Shown here one piece after another: positions 16,500 to 26,153 of a stretch of DNA of 64,000 nucleotides. The DNA is from an uncultured Candidatus Saccharibacteria bacterium. Lineage in GTDB: Bacteria > Patescibacteriota > Minisyncoccia > Phycocordibacterales > JAKAEA01. Position numbers and translations under genes: made by a program. Positions within the stretch are counted from its first letter, which is position 1. Each line of letters opens with the position of its first letter. The notes below the pieces were generated by a model. That model did no database searches. It was not told the DNA's origin and saw only the letters and a list, made by a program, of their open reading frames with translations. Location of the stretch: positions 1,520-65,519 of the forward strand of contig CAZHGQ010000005.1 of NCBI GenBank assembly GCA_964532205.1, in the 5' to 3' direction.

Positions 16500-16778
16500 A
16501 TGTCTGTTGAATTTGATGAGAATGACGGATCAGCTCAATTATCCACTGATCCATTACGTCAACCTAAACCCAGTTTTCTAATTCGTTTAGTTCTGAAATT
16601 TAGAATAGCCAAGAACGAATATGCTGCCAGAGCAATTCTGTTGATAACCGCCCTTATTTTTTTCGTTGGTTCCATAGTATTATTTGCAGTAAGTTCAATT
16701 AAGCCGCGAGTTATAGTGTTAGAACGTTCACAAGATCCAAACGCTTATAAAATTAGCCCAGACTCATTTACAAAATAA
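16500..16778 (+). CDS. small membrane protein (start uncertain; track ORF 16449..16778)
   Basis: One TM helix (AILLITALIFFVGSIVLFAV). Its stop overlaps the start of the downstream pilin-like gene (ATGA). Confidence 0.3.
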   Translation: MSVEFDENDGSAQLSTDPLRQPKPSFLIRLVLKFRIAKNEYAARAILLITALIFFVGSIVLFAVSSIKPRVIVLERSQDPNAYKISPDSFTK

Positions 16779-17572
16779 TGAAAGTCAATTTAAAAAAAGG
16801 TTTTACATTGGTTGAGATCATGGTCGTGGTTTCGATCATTAGCTTTATTAGTAGTATTCTTTCACTCAACCTGGCTCAAGCCAGAGCTAAGGCTCAGGAT
16901 ACAGTGCGTGTGGCTGATGTGCGCTCACTTAAAACTGCCGTAGCGGCATACAAATTGGATCATGATGGTTCAGCGCCACCGATGCCAGCCGGTGTTTCCG
17001 TACCAATTACAGATTCGAGTCCAAGTTTTGCTTCCACACTTGCTCCTTTGATTAGTGGTAAATATTTATCATCGCTACCAAGTGGTCAAGGTGTCTTTTA
17101 CTTTAATGCCGGGAAGGGTAGTGGTAATGAAGATGCAGTAGTTATTGGTACAACACTGAGCACTGTGCCACCATCTACGACTGGTACTGGCGGTACCTGC
17201 CGACCTTTCAATCAGGGTGGTAATAATATTGCTTCAAATTGTACCGTTAGTTACGGGTATATTACCTGTACACCACAACAAAATCAGAATCCAAATCCAG
17301 AATGTAACAATAGTGTTCCAAACAATGGTGATGGAAATCCACTCGATCAAGTTGCTCAGGAAGCTTGTTTATATGATCAGGAGTATGTGCAAAATTACGA
17401 CAGTGAAACACCGACCCAGTGTAATGACGGCATGGATAATGACAGCGATGGCAAAATAGATTACCCACTCGATACTGGCTGCGCTTCTATCAATGATAAT
17501 AATGAAACTGATGTTCCAGCGGCTTACTGCAGCAATTCAGTAGCTAATACTGACTATTGTCTATGTCTATAA
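16778..17572 (+). CDS. type IV pilin-like protein (prepilin class III signal) with a Cys-rich, Ca-binding-like C-terminus
   Basis: MKVNLKKGFTLVEIMVVVSIISFI carries the G/FTLVE prepilin peptidase site and an N-terminal hydrophobic helix. The C-terminal CNDGMDNDSDGKIDYPLDTGC resembles DGxDNDxDG Ca-binding motifs. Confidence 0.55.
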   Translation: MKVNLKKGFTLVEIMVVVSIISFISSILSLNLAQARAKAQDTVRVADVRSLKTAVAAYKLDHDGSAPPMPAGVSVPITDSSPSFASTLAPLISGKYLSSLPSGQGVFYFNAGKGSGNEDAVVIGTTLSTVPPSTTGTGGTCRPFNQGGNNIASNCTVSYGYITCTPQQNQNPNPECNNSVPNNGDGNPLDQVAQEACLYDQEYVQNYDSETPTQCNDGMDNDSDGKIDYPLDTGCASINDNNETDVPAAYCSNSVANTDYCLCL

Positions 17573-17584
17573 CATTTTAATCTC

Positions 17585-17803
17585 ATGAAAAAACATCTTA
17601 AACACCATATCCACAAACATCGCCAGCGTTCAGCTAAGGCGGAAGGGTTGCTGGTTGTGTTGACGGTAATTCTTTTCGCAGCTTCATTTGTGATCTTTTC
17701 GTACACCAATGTTTATATAAATTCACCTCAGCAAGGGAGATTGATGGATCCGAAGGTCTACAAACAGTTAACGGCTAAAAATTACGTGACACCACAAAAT
17801 TAA
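17585..17803 (+). CDS. small single-TM protein, unknown
   Basis: 72-aa ORF that starts His-rich and basic, then has a TM helix; it is followed directly by a terminator. Confidence 0.3.
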   Translation: MKKHLKHHIHKHRQRSAKAEGLLVVLTVILFAASFVIFSYTNVYINSPQQGRLMDPKVYKQLTAKNYVTPQN

Positions 17804-17809
17804 CTAAAA

Positions 17810-17836
17810 CCGCGCGGCGCAGCCGCGCGGTTTTTT
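17810..17836 (+). terminator. rho-independent terminator
   Basis: CCGCGCGGC GCA GCCGCGCGG followed by T6. Confidence 0.85.
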
Positions 17837-17909
17837 ATGTCCACAGCGGTTTACCTCTAAGCTAAGGTATAATTATAAGGTTAGATTATTGTCAATTTAT
17901 CATTAATCC

Positions 17910-20831
17910 ATGAGACAAAAATTAATTATTGGCCTCAGTATCGCAGTTGTGCTTTTTGTTGGTTTTATTACGACGTACACATTCAGTCTAAAGTTAAAAG
18001 AGGGCGCAGTGCCGTCATCGTCACTCACGGCGAGTGTTGCTGAAGCTCTACAACTTCAACTCAATGTTGGTTGGAGTCGTTTTTCACCACAAGGCGGTCA
18101 GAATGTGATCTATGTCTCAAGTTCACAAGGTAATGACAATAACGACGGTCTCTCTCAGTTAACCCCTGTCAAAACTCTGGCCAAAGGCCAGTCACTGATT
18201 CGCTCAAATCACAGTGACTGGATGGTCTTGCGGCGTGGCGATGTTTGGGATGAAAGTTTTGGCACGTGGACTCGCAGTGGTACGTCAGCCGATAACCCAG
18301 TCGTAATTTCAAGTTATGGCACAGGTCCACGTCCGCTGGTGAATGTTCGCAACGGTCAAAGCGCTTTGGCACTTAGAAATGCCGGCGTCAACAATTTTGC
18401 CATGATCGGTATTCACATTCGTTCTTATCAGGAAAAGAATAAAAAACAAGAGAAGGGTATTAGTTTGCCTGGTAATTACCAAAATATTTACCTTGATGAC
18501 ATGTTCATCGAAGGCTTTACTGGTAATGTTGTGACAGAAACCTGCGAGACGTGTGTGCGAAAAAATCTAGTCATCACTCACTCAATTATTGCCAATGCCT
18601 ATAACCCAGAGGGTAATGCCAGTGGTATTTTTATCACCTCAACAGATGGCATCAAAGTTGAAGACAGTATCTTCTATCATAATGGTTGGAATAACGGTAA
18701 TGTAAGTTATGATCCTACAGCGCGTAGAACTGCCGCAACAGAATTTAATCAAGGTCTCTATCTTTCACACAACAATACAGCCAATACAATCGTTCGTAAT
18801 AATGTTATTGCTGATACTGCCAATGGCGGTGTTTGGTTGCGTCGTGGTGGTTTGGCTGAAAACAACTTCTTTGTTCGCAATACTAACGCACTACTCGTGG
18901 CCATTGGTCCAAACACGGTGCGTAACAACGTTATTGTTGAGGGTGTAAATAATATTGATGGAAATAAGGTTGGTGGTATTGAAACTAAGCCAACAAATAC
19001 AGGTACAGTTTTTGAAAATAACTTGATTGTCAATTCTGCCAAAAACACCGGAAGTGGGTTTAAGGCCGTCGGGTCATTCGATTTCGGTTATGGTGAAGAC
19101 TATGCTAAATCATTGATTACTCGTTACAGTTTTACCTTTAAAAATAATACTATCTATAATGCTGGTGTTGGTCTAAATGTTGGTACTCGCTCTATTGCCG
19201 GTGGTGATATTTTGGGTAATATATTTATCGAAAAGCGAGATCAGGCGCCCGTACCGACTGGTTACGCACCGGTTGGTGCCTGTTCGGATCTTGGCGGCGG
19301 CGGTCTGCATTTAACCGTAGCTGGCAACACATTCTATTGTCCAAATTCAACAAACAAGTTCGTGATTACGAACGTACCGAAAACATTTAGCGAATATTCA
19401 ACTGCAGTCGGTGATACGACAAACCGTGAAGCGGATGTGACATTCGCTGATCCAAACCGCAGTATTAATAACTATGTTTCCGGTGGTTATGATGCATTCG
19501 TCCGAGGGTTACTGAATCAGTCGATAGATCGTTGGGATGAGAAATTCAGTGCCGCATCTCTTAATACATATTTCCGTGAAGCTTTTAAAACCAAATCAAA
19601 GACAGATAATCCGAAAGAGCCCGATGGTACAACTACACCACCGACTAAGCCTAGTTCAATTACCTTACTTACTCCAAACGGTGGTGAAACAATTTCAATT
19701 GGCGATACAGTGAATGTGACCTGGAAATCAACAGAACTTCCGGCTGACTCTACAGTTCGCATCTCACTCTATAAGGGTGTGGAATTGGTAAGTACTTTGG
19801 CCACGGTAACAAATAGCGGTAGTTATTCATGGCAAGTTGGCGAACGACCCGAGGGTTTTGATTACTCTATCCGCGTGACTTCGACTAAATCCGATATGCT
19901 GAAAGATAATAGCGACCGACCGTTCATGATAAATAAGTTGGCACCACCAGAAACAAAAATTACTGTTACATCACCAAACGGAAATGAAAACGTGACAGTT
20001 GGTAGTACTGTCAATATTACCTGGAGCTCACTGACATTTGATAAAGACGCTCATGTCCGAATTAGTTTGTACAAAGCTGGTGTACAAGTAAGTACTATTG
20101 TTGCTGACACATATAACTATGGTACATATACTTGGACTGTTGGGGATCGCGAAACAGCAAGTGATTACAAGATTCGAATCACTTCAATCTCAAAACCAAC
20201 TGTTTACGATGAGAGTGATTTAGTATTCACAATTACCAAACCATTACCGCCAAGTATTACAGTACAATCACCGAATGGTGGGGAAGCCTGGTCAATTGGT
20301 GATGCTGTCCAAATTCGTTGGTCAACAGTAAGTCTGCCTTCAACTGCTACTGTCAGAATTAGTTTGTACAAAGCTGGTGTACAGGTTTCAACTCTAGTTG
20401 ATAGCTATGCCAATGTCGGTGTCTTCAATTGGAACATTGCTGATCGCCCAACAGGCAGTGATTACACAGTACGTGTGACGTCGACATCTGACACAACTAT
20501 CAAGGATGAAAGTAATGCAACATTTACCATCAATCCCGCACCTCAGCCGTCGATCACTGTCACATCACCAAATGGTGGCGAAACAATTAAGATTGGCTCA
20601 ACCGTACCTATTAGCTGGACATCAACTCGAGTTTCAAACAATGTCCGTATTAGTTTGTACAAAAATGGTACATATGTAAAAACCATTGCTTCCGATGTGG
20701 CAAACAATGGTTCATACTCATGGACTGTTGGTAGTGAAACTGCAACGTCAGGTTATGCAATTCGCGTGACATCAAGTGCTGATGATCAGCTTCGTGATAT
20801 GAGTAATGGTACGTTTACCATTACGAAGTAG
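17910..20831 (+). CDS. large secreted right-handed beta-helix (pectate-lyase-fold-like) protein with 4 C-terminal ~100-aa tandem Kre9/KNH-like repeats
   Basis: N-terminal TM/signal. Repetitive NN(V/F)I...N turns (NNVIADTANGGVWLRRGG, NNFFVRNTNAL, NNVIVEGVNN) suggest a beta-helix. Four repeats carry I-T-(V/L)-x-S/T-PNGGE...W...VRISLYK...Y-W-VG...YxIRVTS. Confidence 0.55.
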   Translation: MRQKLIIGLSIAVVLFVGFITTYTFSLKLKEGAVPSSSLTASVAEALQLQLNVGWSRFSPQGGQNVIYVSSSQGNDNNDGLSQLTPVKTLAKGQSLIRSNHSDWMVLRRGDVWDESFGTWTRSGTSADNPVVISSYGTGPRPLVNVRNGQSALALRNAGVNNFAMIGIHIRSYQEKNKKQEKGISLPGNYQNIYLDDMFIEGFTGNVVTETCETCVRKNLVITHSIIANAYNPEGNASGIFITSTDGIKVEDSIFYHNGWNNGNVSYDPTARRTAATEFNQGLYLSHNNTANTIVRNNVIADTANGGVWLRRGGLAENNFFVRNTNALLVAIGPNTVRNNVIVEGVNNIDGNKVGGIETKPTNTGTVFENNLIVNSAKNTGSGFKAVGSFDFGYGEDYAKSLITRYSFTFKNNTIYNAGVGLNVGTRSIAGGDILGNIFIEKRDQAPVPTGYAPVGACSDLGGGGLHLTVAGNTFYCPNSTNKFVITNVPKTFSEYSTAVGDTTNREADVTFADPNRSINNYVSGGYDAFVRGLLNQSIDRWDEKFSAASLNTYFREAFKTKSKTDNPKEPDGTTTPPTKPSSITLLTPNGGETISIGDTVNVTWKSTELPADSTVRISLYKGVELVSTLATVTNSGSYSWQVGERPEGFDYSIRVTSTKSDMLKDNSDRPFMINKLAPPETKITVTSPNGNENVTVGSTVNITWSSLTFDKDAHVRISLYKAGVQVSTIVADTYNYGTYTWTVGDRETASDYKIRITSISKPTVYDESDLVFTITKPLPPSITVQSPNGGEAWSIGDAVQIRWSTVSLPSTATVRISLYKAGVQVSTLVDSYANVGVFNWNIADRPTGSDYTVRVTSTSDTTIKDESNATFTINPAPQPSITVTSPNGGETIKIGSTVPISWTSTRVSNNVRISLYKNGTYVKTIASDVANNGSYSWTVGSETATSGYAIRVTSSADDQLRDMSNGTFTITK
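19659..20828 (+). repeat. four tandem ~297-300-bp coding repeats
   Basis: Repeat units start at 19659, 19959, 20256 and 20553. The protein-level identity is clear; the units have diverged at the DNA level. Confidence 0.7.
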
Positions 20832-21326
20832 TTAAGAACTTTTAAAGCCATTTAGCAAAGCTTCGGCTTGGCTGGCTAAGTCCATAAAGCCCCCCATTTC
20901 TTGAATTGTGAGATGGCGGGGCTTTGTGTCTTTAATGCAAAACACACCTAAGGGTAATCCTGAGACTGAATCAATAAGAGCCATGCCAGCATAGAATCGA
21001 ATGTGAGGTTCCCCAGTCACGTAGGGGTTATTCTTGAATCGCTCATCAAGTAGGGTGTCTTCTACAACGAACACGTCTTCTGCAAGCATGGCGTAGCTAC
21101 AGAAAGCAATTTCACGCGGCCCTTCCTTATTTGAAATTCCCTGACACGACTTATACCACTCTCGATCTTTATCGATAATTGAGATTGTTGAAATTGGTAC
21201 ACTGAGGAGTTTTGTGGCTTGTGAGGTAATAGCGTCAAAACGCGGATCTTGTTTTGAGTCTAAAATACCTTTGGCATAAAGAGCCTTAAGGCGTTGTGAC
21301 TCATGCGGATGGAGTAGTGTTGTCAT
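20832..21326 (-). CDS. GAF domain protein
   Basis: Classic GAF consensus: DERFKNNPYVTGEPHIRFYAGMALIDSVSGLPLGVFCIKDTKPRHLT. It overlaps the upstream gene by 4 nt. Confidence 0.65.
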   Translation of the reverse strand: MTTLLHPHESQRLKALYAKGILDSKQDPRFDAITSQATKLLSVPISTISIIDKDREWYKSCQGISNKEGPREIAFCSYAMLAEDVFVVEDTLLDERFKNNPYVTGEPHIRFYAGMALIDSVSGLPLGVFCIKDTKPRHLTIQEMGGFMDLASQAEALLNGFKSS

Positions 21327-21835
21327 GTTTTTTTAGGATTATTAATAACTGTTTCAACTCCTACAAAAAAACGGATTTCGCCAGTAGTATCCAAGACAGG
21401 GGAAATTTGTAAAAGTGCGTCATATATTGTTCCGTCTTTATGTTTGTTTTTAACAGTAACTTTATACGATTCCTTTTTAACCTTTATGGTATGCCACAAA
21501 ACTTTGTAAAATTCTGGTGACATTTGTCCACCCCACAGTGACGGTTTTTGACCAATCACTTCTGAGAGGGAGTAGCCGGTTGTGCGCTCAACTGCGCCGT
21601 TGGTGTAAAGAATTACACCCTCTGGATTAGTTACAATAACTTGCTCATCCATTTTCTCGCACATGATATTGAGCGAGCCGCAGCGGGTGCATTTAATCTC
21701 AATAGCACCGTGACCTTGGTCTTTAGCCAAAAGTTTGCCGCATTTGGTGCAGCGAATATCAAGATCTTTTTGAGGAGTTGTCATCTTTGCTCTTTTTAGA
21801 GCTTCGTGAGCTTCTTGTTTTTGAGTATAACACAT
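21323..21835 (-). CDS. Mu Com-like zinc-ribbon fused to a PAS sensor domain
   Basis: The N-terminus IRCTKCGKLLAKDQGHGAIEIKCTRCGSLNIM closely parallels phage Mu Com (IRCKNCNKLLFKADSFDHIEIRCPRCKRHIIM). It is followed by a PAS-like segment QVIVTNPEGVILYTNGAVERTTGYSLSEVIGQ. Confidence 0.6.
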   Translation of the reverse strand: MCYTQKQEAHEALKRAKMTTPQKDLDIRCTKCGKLLAKDQGHGAIEIKCTRCGSLNIMCEKMDEQVIVTNPEGVILYTNGAVERTTGYSLSEVIGQKPSLWGGQMSPEFYKVLWHTIKVKKESYKVTVKNKHKDGTIYDALLQISPVLDTTGEIRFFVGVETVINNPKKT

Positions 21836-21854
21836 TGGTTATATATGCCTAGTT

Positions 21855-21913
21855 ACGCAACAGCTTTACTGTTGCGTATGTAAAACCCCGGCAGCGCGTA
21901 TGCGCTGCCGGGG
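21855..21913 (-). terminator. two hairpins; the 12-bp GC-rich stem at 21886-21913 acts as the terminator for the minus-strand gene 21920..22237
   Basis: CCCCGGCAGCGC GTAT GCGCTGCCGGGG, with a T-run on the minus strand. Confidence 0.65.
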
Positions 21914-21919
21914 TTGGTG

Positions 21920-22237
21920 TTAGGCCTCAATCCCGTAATTGTCCCAGTCATTCATCCGTTCCAAGTTTGTGGTGGTATCGTTGCGTTGAATTTTGTACGC
22001 ACCTTGGAACGATTTCTTGCCGACGAGATTCACTCTGATAAACAGAGCTTCAGTCTCGTGGACGGTATCGGTAAAGATCGAGATGTTGTGGATCTGGTAG
22101 AACTTTTTGGGTAACAAGTGTTCGTTGACCAAATTAGTAACGGCCATCCAGACCAGCTCGTCATGTTCTTTCAACGAATTGTCACGAATGACAGTAACAT
22201 CATGAAGCCAATCTTGTGGTGAGAGAAACTTGGGCAT
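21920..22237 (-). CDS. hypothetical protein (105 aa)
   Basis: The ORF ends at a terminator and has an RBS-like AAGGAGG upstream (from the reverse complement of 22240-22250); no recognisable motif. Confidence 0.4.
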   Translation of the reverse strand: MPKFLSPQDWLHDVTVIRDNSLKEHDELVWMAVTNLVNEHLLPKKFYQIHNISIFTDTVHETEALFIRVNLVGKKSFQGAYKIQRNDTTTNLERMNDWDNYGIEA

Positions 22238-22300
22238 ATTGCCTCCTTTAAAAGATAAAATCCTGGGCTATAGTAGCGCGTTTGATATACTTAGTCCAGT

Positions 22301-23134
22301 ATGAAAAACTCTAAGCAGGGAATAGCTCCATTATTAGTAATAGTCGTTGGTTTGGTAATTATTGGTGCGGGGTATTTATTTTTTCAAAAACAATCTCCTC
22401 AAAATGAAATTGAGAACGTGAAGAAATATTTTCCAGATGCGATCGGTAGTTTCACGCTCTATGGTCGTAATCCAGAAAAAATTCGAATGACTATTGAATG
22501 TGAAAAATTGCAAGATCACCCCGACTCAAAGGGTTCGGGTTTGCAAGGTGAAATTTGTGGCAGGTCAATAATTGGTGAATATCGTGACTCCAATACAAAC
22601 AAGGTTGTGTTTGTGCATTTAGCTCAATTTACATCGGGTAAGAGGGTGTATAAAGAATTTATTGAGAAGTCGGTAAAAAAAGATGTATTAAATGGCCAAA
22701 ATATTTTTCGAATTGAGCGCCCAGAAATTGGTTGGTTTCCAGCACAGACGTTTGGCGCAATAATTACCCAGGAAGGAGTAGTAAAAACTGAAGCCGATGG
22801 TGGTGAAAATATTGGATATAGTTACACAGGTGTCGCAACTGGCAATAATCCAGTGCTTAAATATTTTATTGAAAAGTATCCGCCAGGCACTTCTGATTCA
22901 GACAGCGATATACCTGAACGAGTACTCAGCAGTCTTATGTGTAAAGACAGCGATGATGGTTTGGATTACTACACCAAAGGTACCGTAAGGTGCCCTGGAT
23001 CAACATATACCGATTACTGCCAAGTAAATGACGTACCCAACACATTGATTGAATATGTTTCAAATGGTAATAGTGTCGGTACGCCATCATATGTTTGTCC
23101 AAATGGCTGTCGTGATGGTGCGTGTGTTAAATAA
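22301..23134 (+). CDS. secreted/anchored protein with a Cys-rich C-terminal module
   Basis: N-terminal TM MKNSKQGIAPLLVIVVGLVIIGAGYLFF; the C-terminus holds 8 Cys within ~60 aa. Confidence 0.45.
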   Translation: MKNSKQGIAPLLVIVVGLVIIGAGYLFFQKQSPQNEIENVKKYFPDAIGSFTLYGRNPEKIRMTIECEKLQDHPDSKGSGLQGEICGRSIIGEYRDSNTNKVVFVHLAQFTSGKRVYKEFIEKSVKKDVLNGQNIFRIERPEIGWFPAQTFGAIITQEGVVKTEADGGENIGYSYTGVATGNNPVLKYFIEKYPPGTSDSDSDIPERVLSSLMCKDSDDGLDYYTKGTVRCPGSTYTDYCQVNDVPNTLIEYVSNGNSVGTPSYVCPNGCRDGACVK

Positions 23135-23140
23135 TTTTTG

Positions 23141-23527
23141 TGGAGATGGCGGGAATCGAACCCGCGTGCATGAGGTGTTCTTAGATATATCTACAGCGTC
23201 TAGTTTATCTCTTTGACCAAAGTCAATTTAAGTTAGTCGGATATGGGATAAACAAAATTTCCGAAAAACCGATTCTCATTTAGTTCGGCAGAAACAGAGA
23301 ACAGAAGCTGCCTAACCTGGCTTGATTACACCGGGACTAAACGCACCAGATTTGCGCTTAGGCGATGTCGCTTAGGCTAAAGCGTAAGCGAATTGAAAGT
23401 TCTTACTTGAAAAGTAAGGTGACTTTACAGAAGATTTTGCACTTCAGATTTCCGTCAGATTTAAGAGTTAACGGTGCTCTACGTTGCATAGATAAGATAC
23501 GGACTCATGTCTAGGCCGATCATCCCC
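23141..23527 (-). ncRNA. ssrA: tmRNA (transfer-messenger RNA)
   Basis: On the minus strand the 5' end is GGGGAUGAUCGGCC and the 3' end is GGUUCGAUUCCCGCCAUCUCCA, giving a tRNA-Ala-like acceptor/T-arm. An internal tag frame reads ...QFAYALA followed by UAA. It lies immediately downstream of smpB. Confidence 0.8.
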
Positions 23528-23580
23528 AGTATGTTTTCAATCGTTTTGTTTTTGTGTAGGCCACGGGTATATATGTGGTG

Positions 23581-23625
23581 GCAACCTCGCAAAAGTGACA
23601 ACTTTTTTGTCACTTTTGCGAGGTT
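23581..23625. other. perfect 20-bp inverted repeat (hairpin, 5-nt loop) between smpB and ssrA
   Basis: CAACCTCGCAAAAGTGACAA cTTTT TTGTCACTTTTGCGAGGTTG. Confidence 0.7.
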
Positions 23626-23711
23626 GCGAAAAGGTGTCTGCCAAACCTACAGCAAAATAATGCAGATTAAAAAAATACTACGAATGATCGAAACTAACAC
23701 GTATTCAATTT

Positions 23712-24149
23712 TCAACGATCTGTGAATTCGCGGCGAACATCACGCTCGACATCTCTCTTCTTAATAGACTCGCGTTTGTCGAATTTCTTTTTGCCGCGAA
23801 CGGTAGCAATTTCTACCTTAATGTGACGCCCTTTATTATACACTAAAAGTGGCACTATTGTCAAACCTTGTTCATGGCCAACTAGAGCCTTAATTTCGGC
23901 TTTTGTTAAAAGCAGTTTACGTGGGCGTAAAGGATCGGATTCGGGACCGTTATTTTGCTGGTAGGGTGAAACATACATGTTTTGCAGCCAGACTTGTGTG
24001 CCTTCGACTATAATATATGAGCCATCGAGCGAACCTTGACCAGCACGAATAGACTTGACCTCGGTGCCGGTCAATTCGATGCCGGCTTCGTAACGGTTAA
24101 GTATTTCGTAGTTAAAAGTAGCTTTGCGGTTGTGAATCAGGGTACTCAT
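23712..24149 (-). CDS. smpB: SsrA-binding protein SmpB
   Basis: MSTLIHNRKATFNYEILNRYEAGIELTGTEVKSIR is the SmpB signature; the track ORF is extended 5' to 24197. Confidence 0.9.
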   Translation of the reverse strand: MSTLIHNRKATFNYEILNRYEAGIELTGTEVKSIRAGQGSLDGSYIIVEGTQVWLQNMYVSPYQQNNGPESDPLRPRKLLLTKAEIKALVGHEQGLTIVPLLVYNKGRHIKVEIATVRGKKKFDKRESIKKRDVERDVRREFTDR

Positions 24150-24217
24150 GCGTCTATCATAGCAAATAGGGGAAATTAATGTATAATAACACTTCAATTA
24201 ACCATTAACGTAATATT

Positions 24218-26131
24218 ATGAACGAACCTCAGTTAAAGAGCCCAAAACCGGCCCCTCAGAAAGGTGGTCAGTTCGCGCGAAACCTGATTTTGGGCATATT
24301 TATATTGCTTATTTTGGCTAGCCTCTACTCAGTTATTGTTGATGGTCGAAGTAAAACGACTGAGATCTCAATTTCTCAATTAGCCTCTGATATTTCGGCT
24401 GGTAAGGTGGTGAGTGTGACGGTCAGTGGTACGGATTTGGAAGTTCACTACGATACCAAGGGTGAAGTGGTTAAAAAAGCCAAAAAAGAAACTGAAACAT
24501 CGTTGACAGATACGTTGGTGAATTATGGTGTGACACCGGCTCAGCTTTCGAAGGTGGCAATTGGTGTACAAGGGGATTCTGGTTTTAGTTACTGGTTATC
24601 CAATTTATTGTTGCCGATAATTTTGCCACTTATTTTGATTATTGTGATTGCTTGGTTCATTACTCGACAGGTACGCGGGGCTGGTATGCAAGCTTTTACC
24701 TTCGGTCAATCGAAAGCCCGCATTATTTCGCCTGACGATAAAAAACAGCGCGTGACGTTTAAGGATGTGGCGGGCGCTAAGGAGGCGAAAGAGGAACTAG
24801 CCGAGATCGTGGATTTTTTGCGCAACCCAAAGAAGTTTTTGGAAATTGGCGCCCGCATTCCAAAAGGTATTTTGCTCATGGGTGCGCCGGGTACTGGTAA
24901 AACACTGCTCGCTCGAGCGGTTGCCGGTGAAGCTCAGGTGGCATTCTTCTCAATTTCAGGTTCTGAATTCGTAGAAATGTTCGTGGGTGTCGGCGCTTCA
25001 CGTGTGCGCGATCTGTTTAAATTAGCTAAACAAGCAGCACCAGCCATTATTTTCGTTGATGAAATTGATGCTGTGGGTCGTGTACGTGGTACTGGTGTTG
25101 GTGGTGGTAATGATGAACGTGAACAAACGCTCAATCAGATTCTGGTAGAAATGGATGGTTTTGAACCAAATGAAAAAGTGATCGTTATGGCTGCAACTAA
25201 CCGTCCTGATGTTCTTGACCCAGCCTTGCTTCGTCCAGGCCGCTTTGACCGTCGTGTAACTATTGATCCGCCAGATCGCCACGATCGCGAAGAAATTTTG
25301 AAAATACACGCTCGAGAAAAACCATTTGCTGAAGATGTGAATTTGTCAGTTATTGCTGAGCGCACACCTGGTTTTTCTGGTGCTGATTTGTACTCACTTA
25401 TGAATGAAGGTGCAATCTTGGCAGCTCGGGAAAATCGCAAAAAGGTTTCGCAGTATGACCTTATTCGCTCAATTGAAAAAGTAATGCTCGGACCAGAACG
25501 TCGCAGTCATATTTTGAGCAAGAAGGAAAAAGAGGTCACGGCTTATCATGAAGCTGGTCACGCTTTGGTGGCGTCAGTTTTGGCAAATGCTGATCCGGTT
25601 CATAAAATCTCGATCATCTCTCGTGGTCGCGCGGCTGGTTATACATTGAAGTTACCGCTTGAAGATCGAAAATTGCAAACCAAAAAAGAATTTTTGGATG
25701 ATATAGCTATGAGTTTGGGTGGTTATGTGACTGAAAAGATGGTCTTTGGTGATGTGACAACTGGTCCGTCAAATGACCTGCAGGTTTCAACGGCTATGGC
25801 TCGTAGCATGGTCGCTCGTTACGGTATGTCTGAAAAACTTGGTGCCATGGCTTTTGAAGGTGATGGTGGCCGTGGGGCTTTCGGTGGTCGGGCTATCGAA
25901 GGTAAAGAGTACTCAGAAAAAACCGGCAATGACATTGATGATGAGGTTTCGCGCATTATGACTGAAGCTTATAAGCGGGCTGAAGAGGCAATTACTACTC
26001 ATCGTGGTCTGTTGGATGTCATTGCTAAACGTCTCATTGAAGTTGAAACTATTGAACGTGAAGAATTTGATAAAATTCTGGTTGCTCACGGTATTCAATT
26101 AAAAAAGAAATCGGAGGTTGAAACGTCTTAG
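24218..26131 (+). CDS. ftsH: ATP-dependent zinc metalloprotease FtsH
   Basis: N-terminal TM, an AAA Walker [22 protein letters not shown], and the HEAGHAL zinc motif. Confidence 0.95.
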   Translation: MNEPQLKSPKPAPQKGGQFARNLILGIFILLILASLYSVIVDGRSKTTEISISQLASDISAGKVVSVTVSGTDLEVHYDTKGEVVKKAKKETETSLTDTLVNYGVTPAQLSKVAIGVQGDSGFSYWLSNLLLPIILPLILIIVIAWFITRQVRGAGMQAFTFGQSKARIISPDDKKQRVTFKDVAGAKEAKEELAEIVDFLRNPKKFLEIGARIPKGILLMGAPGTGKTLLARAVAGEAQVAFFSISGSEFVEMFVGVGASRVRDLFKLAKQAAPAIIFVDEIDAVGRVRGTGVGGGNDEREQTLNQILVEMDGFEPNEKVIVMAATNRPDVLDPALLRPGRFDRRVTIDPPDRHDREEILKIHAREKPFAEDVNLSVIAERTPGFSGADLYSLMNEGAILAARENRKKVSQYDLIRSIEKVMLGPERRSHILSKKEKEVTAYHEAGHALVASVLANADPVHKISIISRGRAAGYTLKLPLEDRKLQTKKEFLDDIAMSLGGYVTEKMVFGDVTTGPSNDLQVSTAMARSMVARYGMSEKLGAMAFEGDGGRGAFGGRAIEGKEYSEKTGNDIDDEVSRIMTEAYKRAEEAITTHRGLLDVIAKRLIEVETIEREEFDKILVAHGIQLKKKSEVETS

Positions 26132-26153
26132 CAAACAGAGTATAGTGATCGCT

